Positions 1 to 7,878 of a stretch of 32,000 nt of DNA are shown here, piece by piece. A program made the position numbers and the translations under genes. This DNA comes from Candidatus Harpocratesius repetitus (lineage in GTDB: Archaea; Asgardarchaeota; Lokiarchaeia; Sigyniarchaeales; Promethearchaeaceae). Location: NCBI GenBank assembly GCA_021498095.1, contig JAIZWK010000001.1, forward strand, positions 3,540,001 through 3,572,000, in the 5' to 3' direction. How positions within the stretch are numbered: the stretch's first letter is position 1; each line of letters begins with the position of its first letter. Under the pieces are notes generated by a model. It did not search any database, was not told the origin of the DNA, and was given only the letters and a program-made list of their open reading frames with translations.

Positions 1-213
1 GGTTTTTCTTTGATTCAGTAGTGCAACCATTTCCTCATAATCAAAAATTTTATTTTTCTCTTTTGTAAAATCGATAATTGGTTTTAAAATAATATAGCCA
101 TCTTTTTCACTCACAATTATTTTGCTGCCATCATTAATTTTCAATTTCTTCCTAATTTTTGCAGGGATTGTTAGCATTCCTCTATTAGTAACTGTTACTA
201 CATTTCGAATCAT
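1..213 (-). CDS. AbrB/MazE/SpoVT-family DNA-binding protein (probable antitoxin), 3' end runs off the window
   Basis: Not in the ORF track. Hand translation from ATG at 213: MIRNVVTVTNRGMLTIPAKIRKKLKINDGSKIIVSEKDGYIILKPI..., matching the swapped-hairpin pattern V..rG.ltIP..iR..L.I..G..i.v....g.Iil.P. 71 codons with no stop before the window edge. Confidence 0.85.
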   Translation of the reverse strand, partial: MIRNVVTVTNRGMLTIPAKIRKKLKINDGSKIIVSEKDGYIILKPIIDFTKEKNKIFDYEEMVALLNQRKT

Positions 214-240
214 ACTAAGTAAAATTAGAAATTGTCAGCA

Positions 241-253
241 TTTATAATTTTGC
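241..253 (-). promoter_or_regulatory. Candidate archaeal BRE/TATA box for the AbrB-type gene
   Basis: Minus strand reads GCAAAA-TTATAAA, ending 27 nt before the ATG at 213, a spacing typical of leaderless or short-leader archaeal transcripts. Confidence 0.45.
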
Positions 254-282
254 AGAGTATTTTTATATTTTCTTGTAATCTT

Positions 283-294
283 AAAAAAAAAAAA
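283..294 (-). terminator. T12 tract on the minus strand, candidate oligo-T terminator of the UPF0175/PIN transcript
   Basis: A12 run on the + strand, downstream of the PIN stop and upstream of the AbrB promoter. Confidence 0.25.
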
Positions 295-323
295 CATCAA
301 GCATTTTGTACTATGTGTGTGGA

Positions 324-476
324 TTACTTGAATCGATGATCTATTGCTTCCACAATCCCATACAGCTTACTAACTAAAGGAACATGTCTTGCACAGTCCA
401 CGACTTTTAGTACCGTATATGGATTCTATTTAGCAAGAGATTTGCGATTCTCAACTATGTTCGGAGTATCTCACAT
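324..476 (-). pseudogene. Possible decayed C-terminal fragment of an alpha/beta hydrolase
   Basis: Frame reads M*DTPNIVENRKSLAK*NPYTVLKVVDCARHVPLVSKLYGIVEAIDHRFK*, resembling the D...eNa..La..iP.a.l.vi.gaGH.p end of alpha/beta hydrolases. GC is higher than the flanks. Resemblance by eye only. Confidence 0.2.
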
Positions 477-509
477 TTCATAAATTATCAGAGTGGGTAG
501 CTGGTGTGA

Positions 510-1011
510 TCATGTTATATGTTGCAGTTCTTTTTTCCATATTTTTATTTCTCGCTTTTGGTATAATCCATTCTTTTCCCAAAATCTGAGCAATTGAGCC
601 CCTGTATTTTTTCGTATAAAGCCGGATTGTATTAACCAAATACAGAATGAAGGTAAGCGAAAGCCAACTAACCCCCAACTTTTTATTTCCATTAATAATT
701 CTCCATCATCAGATAATAATATTGCACCATCTCTTTTTGCACAAAAAGCCAAAGTTTGTTCTGGAAGATCAAATTCGTTGATAAATGGGAATTGTTTCTG
801 AAAGGATATAATTTCTTTCTGTGATAAGGGAATACGAAATCCATCTTCAATCGGGATAAATTTTTGAAGGTGATAGTTGTGATATTCTTCAACAATTTGC
901 TCTGTATACCCCCAACGAAAGTGTATAAGCACATCTCGTAAATCAATCTTAATTTCAAAAAAAAAGGTGTTGGATATACAGCCAAAGGCATGTATCAATA
1001 AGAAAAAGCAT
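510..1011 (-). pseudogene. PIN-domain (VapC/DUF3368-like) toxin, split by a one-base frameshift at an A9 run (957-965)
   Basis: ATG at 1011 gives MLFLIDTCLWLYIQHLFF*, containing the PIN N-terminal hhhDT motif. Removing one base from the run joins it to FEIKIDLRD...EQTLAFCAKRDGAILLSDDGEL (PIN E and LLSDD motifs). It lies directly downstream of a UPF0175-like gene. The ORF-track start at 998 lacks the catalytic Asp. Confidence 0.75.
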
Positions 1012-1038
1012 GAGAAATGAGAAAAAGCATGAGAAATG
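1001..1038. repeat. Perfect 19-bp tandem duplication (AGAAAAAGCATGAGAAATG x2) covering the PIN start codon
   Basis: Units at 1001-1019 and 1020-1038 read directly from the sequence. Confidence 0.95.
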
Positions 1039-1052
1039 ATTCCTTTCTAATA

Positions 1053-1409
1053 TTATAATATCGGTTTTTTTATTTCTTCAGCATTATTTTTCAAGAATTC
1101 AGTAATATCCAGCTTAGAGAGAGCGTTCATTTCACTTTCAATTAATTCTTCAGGTAATTTTTCAGTCACTTTTCGTTTTAGACCTTCACACATAAATTCA
1201 TAATATGTTAAACCAGACATTTTAAAGGCATTTTTTTTGCTTATTTTGCCTTCTTGCATGAGATCGAAAGCAATATCAACCCGAAGCTGTTCTAATTCCT
1301 TCAATACGAAGCGCTTTGATAATTCTGCTAACGAAATATTCTTAATCATTGCAATCTTATCTAAAATTTTCTTTTCGTTTTCACCTATACGAAAGTTAAT
1401 TTGATACAT
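1053..1409 (-). CDS. UPF0175-like antitoxin with N-terminal ribbon-helix-helix-like segment
   Basis: INFRIGENEKKILDKIA (RHH-like) followed by AFDLMQEGKISKKNAFKMSGLTYYEF (UPF0175-type A..L..eGkIS...A..laGl...eF); upstream of the PIN gene. Confidence 0.7.
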   Translation of the reverse strand: MYQINFRIGENEKKILDKIAMIKNISLAELSKRFVLKELEQLRVDIAFDLMQEGKISKKNAFKMSGLTYYEFMCEGLKRKVTEKLPEELIESEMNALSKLDITEFLKNNAEEIKKPIL

Positions 1410-1517
1410 ATTCTAGATATATAAAATCTATACACTAAATTATAAAATTTTCTTATTTTTGCTATAAAATGCTATAATCAAAAAAATTTTATAGAATTCA
1501 ATGAAATTCAATAGAAA

Positions 1518-2777
1518 TCATAATTCTTTGTCAATTAAAAACTCCTTATAACATGAAAAAACCGTTTTACCGAATTTTGTAATAGTAATTGTGGAAATGG
1601 AAGAATATTTTTCTTTATCTGGATCATTAAGCATACATTTCAACAATCCCATCCGTTCCAATGAAGGTAAAATCTTTTCTGGAACCACTCCCCAATTATA
1701 AATTGAACTGCAAACGAACTCAATAAAATCGCTCTGATCGGGAGAATATTGTGAGATATATGAAGTATAATCATATGAATAATCAACAGTTGCATCGGCA
1801 AATGCAGTTTGCAAGATTCTCCTTCCCTCTTGAGCCCATTCCGGGCGCCCTCCTGCATAAGGTGACAATAAATTCGCCCAAGGAATAACTTCCCACAGGC
1901 AAAACAGACAGATTATTATCTGATATTGTGGGGAAAGTGCCAAATATTGTTCAATCCTTTCCGTGGTTTGCAGAGAAAAACTTTCATCAATTTTGATACA
2001 TTCCAAAGATAAGCCAATATGATAAAAAAGATGTATTTGAGTAGCATCCCACTGAAAAACGTATTGCTTCAAGACTTCTGGTGATGAAAGCTGTTCATTA
2101 ATGGCAAATAGATGTTTCCGTGGAAGAGTTAACTGTCGTTTACTTACTTTAATTCCGGTGTTCATCCTACAATAGTTCAAGAACATTTTAAAATCTGCTA
2201 AAAATTCAAGAGTTTGGGGCGGAATATTCTCTTTTTGAAGATGTTCCTGACATGTTTTTACTTCTTGAGAATTTATTAGTTCACTCAGGAGACTTTGAGA
2301 TGAATCTTCCCAGGTTCCTTCTTCATCTTCTTCTTCTCCCAAAATCCAACTCATATAAGAGTTTGGACCTTCATCTTGATCGAAATCAATCTTTAAATAA
2401 GAATCAAATCTACGATAATATTTTTTTGGATTTTTACATTCGGCAAGGATTTCTTCGTATTGATCTTGCTTGATATATCCCCGATCCAATAAGAATTTAT
2501 AAAATTTTTTAAAACTGGTTAATATTTCCACAACATCGCCTTTTTTGGAAGAAAGAACTTTCCTGATATACCAATTACCCAAGAAATCTTCGATAGTATC
2601 GCCATCTACATCCAAAATATGCATTTCTTCATAATCATGAAGGTATGCCTCATAGAAGAAAGAAATTGTGTATGTGTGCCTATCTATTGTTTCTTTTTTA
2701 AATTTTTTTCCAATGGTTAAATATTCTTTAAACTTCTTAATCAATTGTTTAGAAGTCGGTCTACGTTTATTCATCAA
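1518..2777 (-). CDS. Hypothetical protein with N-terminal integrase SAM-like (core-binding) helical domain, acidic linker and unknown C-terminal domain
   Basis: KKFKEYL...KKETIDRH...I..F...YL...DVDGDTIEDFL...SFKKFYKFLLDRGYI fits the core-binding domain pattern; no R-H-x-x-R-Y recombinase catalytic signature is visible downstream. Confidence 0.55.
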   Translation of the reverse strand: MMNKRRPTSKQLIKKFKEYLTIGKKFKKETIDRHTYTISFFYEAYLHDYEEMHILDVDGDTIEDFLGNWYIRKVLSSKKGDVVEILTSFKKFYKFLLDRGYIKQDQYEEILAECKNPKKYYRRFDSYLKIDFDQDEGPNSYMSWILGEEEDEEGTWEDSSQSLLSELINSQEVKTCQEHLQKENIPPQTLEFLADFKMFLNYCRMNTGIKVSKRQLTLPRKHLFAINEQLSSPEVLKQYVFQWDATQIHLFYHIGLSLECIKIDESFSLQTTERIEQYLALSPQYQIIICLFCLWEVIPWANLLSPYAGGRPEWAQEGRRILQTAFADATVDYSYDYTSYISQYSPDQSDFIEFVCSSIYNWGVVPEKILPSLERMGLLKCMLNDPDKEKYSSISTITITKFGKTVFSCYKEFLIDKEL

Positions 2778-2881
2778 CTTTTAATTTAATAATGAATAAA
2801 TTTCAACTTTTTTATTAATGTCCAATGAAATAACTTTATTTATACTTAAGAATTTATAAGAAGTCAATTATCGCTCGATCA

Positions 2882-3571
2882 TTATAATTCTTGAAGAATC
2901 CGCATTGTTTCTTCCCAATTATTAACTTGAGTAACTTTATGAGGAGGTCGCAACAATTCCTTGGCTAAATCATAATCATTACCGCCCTCCATTGTTTTAT
3001 CTCCAAAAAAATGAATAGGCCCATTGATTTTTGAAATAATTTGAGATTTATTTTTACCAACAGGATAAATATCTATACTTATTTGCCCACCGATAGATAC
3101 CTCAATTTCAGGAAATTGCTCCATTATAATTTGACGAAGATGGGCACGCTCATGATGTTCTTGATCGTATAAATTATAGGCTTTTCTCTGTTCTAATGTA
3201 CAAGCGCGTCCAACAATTGAAAAATTTATCATTCCAATCCTTTTTTCAATATGATTTCCTGCACGAATTGGATATGAACTCTCGTTTAGAAAAGATTGTA
3301 GAAGATCAATTAATTCTTGAGGTGCTTCCCAATCTTGTCGATACATAAGTTTTCCTTTAACATACATAACATTGCCTGCAGTGTTAAAACAACCATTTAC
3401 CGCATGCAAAATCTCATCACCCACCTGCTCTTTAGATTTTGGATAATCTGATCCTGAAATAAGATAGACGTTTCGATTCTTAATCCAATCTAAAAAGAAT
3501 TTTTTAAATAAAGGATCAATTGGCTGTCGTGCTGGAGTTAAAGTTCCATCAATATCAAAAACATAATTCAT
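2882..3571 (-). CDS. pmm: HAD-IIB phosphomannomutase of the eukaryotic PMM/Sec53 type
   Basis: FDIDGTLTPAR, EKRIGMINFSIVGR...EQR, SIGGQISIDIYP, FFGDKTMEGGNDY correspond to the conserved motifs of PMM2/Sec53; divergent from mannose-1-P guanylyltransferase. Confidence 0.9.
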   Translation of the reverse strand: MNYVFDIDGTLTPARQPIDPLFKKFFLDWIKNRNVYLISGSDYPKSKEQVGDEILHAVNGCFNTAGNVMYVKGKLMYRQDWEAPQELIDLLQSFLNESSYPIRAGNHIEKRIGMINFSIVGRACTLEQRKAYNLYDQEHHERAHLRQIIMEQFPEIEVSIGGQISIDIYPVGKNKSQIISKINGPIHFFGDKTMEGGNDYDLAKELLRPPHKVTQVNNWEETMRILQEL

Positions 3572-3687
3572 TGGATAATAAAAATTAAAACATTCTTTAA
3601 AAAAAAGCTTCCATTACGTTTTATTTACAAAAATGATTATAACTGAAAACTTTTTTCTTATGCGATTAATACTTATTGTATATAAAA

Positions 3688-4719
3688 ATGAAACATATTC
3701 CCGTGATATTGGCTGGTGGTAGGGGAGAACGATTTTGGCCACTTTCTCGAATTAATAAACCTAAACAAAATTTGTCATTAATGTCTGAAAATCCTATGAT
3801 TGTTGAAACTTATCGCCGATTACAATCATTTGATGAATTCTTCATAATTGCAAATGAATCCTTATGCGAATCTTTTCGACCTCTTTTACCCACTCATGTT
3901 GGATACATTATTGAACCCTTTGCAAGAAATACTGCACCCGCCATTGGTCTTGCTTGTGCCTATCTACAGCAGAAATTTGGAGATTGCATTGTTTTTTTTG
4001 AAACAGCTGATCATTACTACTCTGATGAAACAAAATATATTCATGAAATACAGAATGCATGTGAATTTGCTGAAAAAAATGATAAAATTGTTTTAATTGG
4101 AATTACTCCTGATTCTCCACACACTGGTTATGGATACATTGAACAAGGCGAAAAAATCTTTGATTCATTTTATAATGTTCAAAAATTTAAAGAAAAGCCA
4201 AATCTGAAAACAGCAATGGAATATCTGAAAGCAGAAACTTTTTCATGGAATTCAGGATTATTTATCGCAAAAACTTCAGTTTTACTCAAAGAAATCTCAC
4301 AATTTTTGCCAGAACTTGGAAATATTCTTTTGGAATTGCAGAAATGTAATTTTTCAGAACCTCTATTCACACAACTATTCCAAAAAGCCCCAAAAATCTC
4401 AATTGATTACGGAGTGTTAGAAAAATCATCTGAAATAATATTACTCAAATCTAACATGGATTGGGACGATATTGGAGATTTTAATGCAATAGCACGCCAC
4501 TTTAATGGGGATTCTCGAGGAAATATTATTCGTGGGAATGGAACTCTTAACAAGATAAATTCCACAAAAAATATTATAATTAGTGATAAATTAGTAGCAC
4601 TAATTGGAGTGAATGATTTAGTTATTGTTGAAACTGATGATGCGCTTTTAGTATGCCATCGCAGTGAAACTCAGAAAATCAGAGAAATTGTGCAAAATTT
4701 AGATGAAAAATACCGATAA
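3688..4719 (+). CDS. manC: Mannose-1-phosphate guanylyltransferase (monofunctional, no cupin isomerase domain)
   Basis: ILAGGRGERFWPLSR, PKQ, EPFARNTAPAIG, FKEKP, WNSGLF, SIDYGVLEK, WDDIG, LVIVETDDALLV. ATG 3688 preferred over TTG 3676. Confidence 0.93.
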   Translation: MKHIPVILAGGRGERFWPLSRINKPKQNLSLMSENPMIVETYRRLQSFDEFFIIANESLCESFRPLLPTHVGYIIEPFARNTAPAIGLACAYLQQKFGDCIVFFETADHYYSDETKYIHEIQNACEFAEKNDKIVLIGITPDSPHTGYGYIEQGEKIFDSFYNVQKFKEKPNLKTAMEYLKAETFSWNSGLFIAKTSVLLKEISQFLPELGNILLELQKCNFSEPLFTQLFQKAPKISIDYGVLEKSSEIILLKSNMDWDDIGDFNAIARHFNGDSRGNIIRGNGTLNKINSTKNIIISDKLVALIGVNDLVIVETDDALLVCHRSETQKIREIVQNLDEKYR

Positions 4720-4762
4720 AGTTATAAAAAATAAATAAACCATAAGAAATAAACAAAGTATG

Positions 4763-4783
4763 AAAAAAAATTTTTTACTTTTT
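4763..4783. terminator. Candidate bidirectional oligo-T terminator between convergent manC and cysN
   Basis: A8 immediately followed by T6 and T5 in the 74-bp gap between the two stop codons. Confidence 0.3.
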
Positions 4784-4793
4784 ACTCCTTTGA

Positions 4794-6599
4794 TTAAGGT
4801 TTGAAGATGATTCCCTTATTCTGGAGAATACGCTTCGCTTTATCTATTGCTCCATCCAAATCGCCATCATTATATATCTGATATGCAACTTGAATATTTG
4901 TAGCAATTTTGCCACCATACCAAATTGGAATTAGTCTTTCTGGCATAACTAAGGTACTACGAATGAGCTCTAAATCCTCTTGAGTTATCATTGTTGCTGT
5001 AACAATCAAAATTACTCCAGAATCTAATAAAATATTTGCTACCTCAGCCAAACGGCGCATATGCTCTTCATGATTATTTTTTTCTGAGAGTTTTATATCT
5101 GAACCCAATCCATAAAGTACACTACCAATTCCCAGATAGTAGGTATGTTTACCTTCTAGGAATAAGTGCTTTTCTAAAGTTTTAGCAAAAGCCTTCTTCC
5201 CAACTGCTTTCTCTCCTGTAATTAGAATTAAACAAGATCTTTGATTATAGTGCTCCGCACGATCATCCACATCAATCATCGAACGTTCCCATTTGTAATT
5301 CCGAAGCATTAATTTATCTCTATAGGCTTTCTTCTCATCTGATAAAGCTTCGGTAATAATTCCACCACCCCAAATTTCATAATCATCGACTATTACAAAT
5401 CTTGAAGTTAAAATATTTATATGGGGCAAATCGAAGACTATAGGGGATTTTAATTTTAATACAACTTCAGCGACTTCATTACGATTTACTTGTTCCTTTT
5501 GCTGGTAATCTAAACTGGAAGCATCAATGACTGTTTCGATTTTTTCTAATTCCATATCAATTTTTTGTGTGCCAATCTTGAGCATGTAGTTCTTTCCCAT
5601 CACAAATGGATTTCTTCCAAGCCAAAAGATATTAGCCTTAATTCGGGAAGTGACTTCAGGTTTAGCCTGATCCGCCCGTATCATCATTTCACCGCGTTTT
5701 AAATAAAGATGATCGGTTATTGTTACTCCTACCGCATATCCCGCACTAACCGTGTTACGGGGGGGAGTATTGAAGCCTTCGATGGTTTTTATAGTACTCT
5801 TTTTGTTTGAAGGGTAAAATAGGACTTCATCACCAACAGATATTCTTCCACTGATAATGGTTCCGGCTACAATCCGTCGATTATCGCCATCGCGTGTAAA
5901 TTTATAAACATCTTGAACAGGCATGCGAAAATCTTGATCTTCTGGATCTTTCTGGTTAAGGAATAAATCAAGTTGATCTAACACAGTGTATCCTTGATAC
6001 CAAGGCATTTTATTTGAAATTGTCGCAACATTATCTCCTTCTTTTCCGGATATGGGAATATAAGCGGTGGGTTTCATTTCCAATTTGGCGAGAAATTCCG
6101 CATAATCCGTCTTAATCTGTTCAAAACGACTTTGTGAGTAATCTTCTAAATCCATTTTGTTTATAAGCACTGCAATTTGCTTAATGCCCAACATTGAAAG
6201 CATATAACAATAACGTTTGGAATTTTCTTGAATCCCTTCGTGGGCATCAATAACCAATAGAGCCGCTTCTGCTCGTGATGCACCTGTGACTACATTTTTT
6301 AAGAATTCTATATGCCCTGGAGTATCAATAATAATGTATTTTCGTTTTGGAGTTTTAAAGAACACGCGAGCTGCATCGATGGTAATTCCTTGTGCTTGTT
6401 CATCCTTCAAAGCGTCAAGCAAAAAAGAATATTCAAAGGGTTTAGAATTTCTACGGCATGTTTCTTTGACACGTTCAAGTTTTCCTTCGGGTAAAGAGTT
6501 TGTATCTGCAAGCAACCGCCCGATTATAGTACTCTTTCCATGGTCAACATGTCCTACAATTGCAACGTTCATATCTTCGTCTCGTTCTTGATTTGACAT
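4794..6599 (-). CDS. cysN: Sulfate adenylyltransferase GTPase subunit fused to a degenerate APS-kinase-like domain (CysN/CysC, NodQ-like)
   Basis: [42 protein letters not shown]; C-terminal [10 protein letters not shown]...[12 protein letters not shown]...[14 protein letters not shown] is APS-kinase-like; immediately downstream of cysD; SD-like GAGG 7 nt before the ATG. Confidence 0.92.
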   Translation of the reverse strand: MSNQERDEDMNVAIVGHVDHGKSTIIGRLLADTNSLPEGKLERVKETCRRNSKPFEYSFLLDALKDEQAQGITIDAARVFFKTPKRKYIIIDTPGHIEFLKNVVTGASRAEAALLVIDAHEGIQENSKRYCYMLSMLGIKQIAVLINKMDLEDYSQSRFEQIKTDYAEFLAKLEMKPTAYIPISGKEGDNVATISNKMPWYQGYTVLDQLDLFLNQKDPEDQDFRMPVQDVYKFTRDGDNRRIVAGTIISGRISVGDEVLFYPSNKKSTIKTIEGFNTPPRNTVSAGYAVGVTITDHLYLKRGEMMIRADQAKPEVTSRIKANIFWLGRNPFVMGKNYMLKIGTQKIDMELEKIETVIDASSLDYQQKEQVNRNEVAEVVLKLKSPIVFDLPHINILTSRFVIVDDYEIWGGGIITEALSDEKKAYRDKLMLRNYKWERSMIDVDDRAEHYNQRSCLILITGEKAVGKKAFAKTLEKHLFLEGKHTYYLGIGSVLYGLGSDIKLSEKNNHEEHMRRLAEVANILLDSGVILIVTATMITQEDLELIRSTLVMPERLIPIWYGGKIATNIQVAYQIYNDGDLDGAIDKAKRILQNKGIIFKP

Positions 6600-6692
6600 T
6601 TTCTTTCCTCATTTATCAATTAGTTAAATTAGTTATATCAGAAATATTAGAGAAATTATCTATTACCAATTATATAGCATATTATCTATAAC

Positions 6693-7574
6693 CTACATAT
6701 AACCATCACGGCGTAGTGCTTCCAACCCGCCTCCATCCTCTTTATCTTGATCGCGACCGTCACGTTCAGCAATTGTTGAAAACTTTCCAGTTCTGAGTTC
6801 TTCAACAATATCATGTACCGTCTTAGCATTTGATTTAACCGGTTTAGTACAAGGCCAGCATCCCAATGAACGATAACGTGTACCATCTCCCTGATCAAGA
6901 TACAAAGAGACAATTGGGATATTCTCACGCTCGATGTACTCCCAAATATCAAGTTCAGTCCAATCTAATAGAGGATGAATCCGAACATGAGTTCCGGGAG
7001 CGAAATCCGTCTTGTATTGATTCCAAAATTCAGGGGGCTGTTCTTCAATATTCCAATCATTATTTCTATCTCGTGGAGAAAAGTATCGCTCTTTAGAACG
7101 ACTACCTTCTTCATCAGCCCGCACTCCAACGATAATTCCTGTGAACGGTTCTGTATTTTGATCCACTTCATATTTACCAGTAGCATGATTCAAGCGAAAG
7201 CGCGGCCAACGACCGTTCAATGTATTTTCTAAAGCCAAGGTTTTTAGATTTCTACAACATTCAAGACGAGTTGCATTTCCATCAGGAAAAGTTTGTTTTA
7301 AGCGCAAAGCTTCTTTGTTTTGGCCGTAAATCATATCTAAATTCCATTCCATTGCCAAACGATCGCGGTGTTCGATCATTTCTGGGATTTTATAAGCAGT
7401 ATCTATATGAATTAGAGGAAATGGCACGTGACCGAAAAAGGCTTTCCGTGTAAGCCACAAGAGCACGGTAGAGTCTTTTCCGATGGACCAGAGCATGCCG
7501 AGATTTTTAAATTGAGCGTAAGCTTCTCGAAGGATATGCACGCTTTTATTTTCGAGCTTATCAAGATGTTCCAT
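6693..7574 (-). CDS. cysD: Sulfate adenylyltransferase catalytic subunit
   Basis: [91 protein letters not shown]. Confidence 0.93.
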   Translation of the reverse strand: MEHLDKLENKSVHILREAYAQFKNLGMLWSIGKDSTVLLWLTRKAFFGHVPFPLIHIDTAYKIPEMIEHRDRLAMEWNLDMIYGQNKEALRLKQTFPDGNATRLECCRNLKTLALENTLNGRWPRFRLNHATGKYEVDQNTEPFTGIIVGVRADEEGSRSKERYFSPRDRNNDWNIEEQPPEFWNQYKTDFAPGTHVRIHPLLDWTELDIWEYIERENIPIVSLYLDQGDGTRYRSLGCWPCTKPVKSNAKTVHDIVEELRTGKFSTIAERDGRDQDKEDGGGLEALRRDGYM

Positions 7575-7602
7575 AAAGTTAACCTAAAACTAATGATTTT
7601 TT

Positions 7603-7610
7603 TTTATATA
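7603..7610 (-). promoter_or_regulatory. Candidate TATA box (TATATAAA) for cysD-cysN
   Basis: Located 29-36 nt upstream of the cysD ATG at 7574. The AT-rich context lowers specificity. Confidence 0.35.
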
Positions 7611-7878
7611 ATTGAAGCAATGAAGAATTCTTTTAAAAGTTTGGAATTCAAATGTTTTAATACATGGAGAATCTTGAACAATCATACCTTAAGATTATAA
7701 AACTTCAACTTAATTTTCTTGTTTCCAATTTTCACAAAGAAATTAAAATAATAATTGATAATTAAAATCAATATTGTAATTAAATAATTAAAACCAAGTA
7801 AATAAATACAAATTTATTAAAAGTACTAACATTTATTCTATAATATCGTTAACTCCTACCCAAAATGTGATTAAAAAA

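Noticed and set aside
478-991. ORF-track frames 478..678 and 692..991
   Set aside because: Alternative frames overlapping the PIN gene; no motifs.
1414-1430. TAGAT-N7-ATCTA inverted repeat before the antitoxin as an operator
   Set aside because: Arms of 5 bp are too short to distinguish from chance.
1640-2473. ORFs 1640..1858 (-) and 2252..2473 (+)
   Set aside because: Shadow frames inside the 419-aa gene.
1518-2777. Calling this a functional integrase or prophage boundary
   Set aside because: No catalytic residues, att repeats or viral genes were seen.
3848-4370. ORFs 3848..4096 and 4179..4370
   Set aside because: Shadow frames inside manC.
4794-6599. Calling the GTPase EF-Tu/EF-1A
   Set aside because: Adjacent cysD, the C-terminal APS-kinase-like domain and length identify it as CysN.
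6286-7700. Eight short overlapping ORFs across cysN and cysD
   Set aside because: Antisense or alternative frames; higher local GC makes stop-free frames more likely; no independent motifs.
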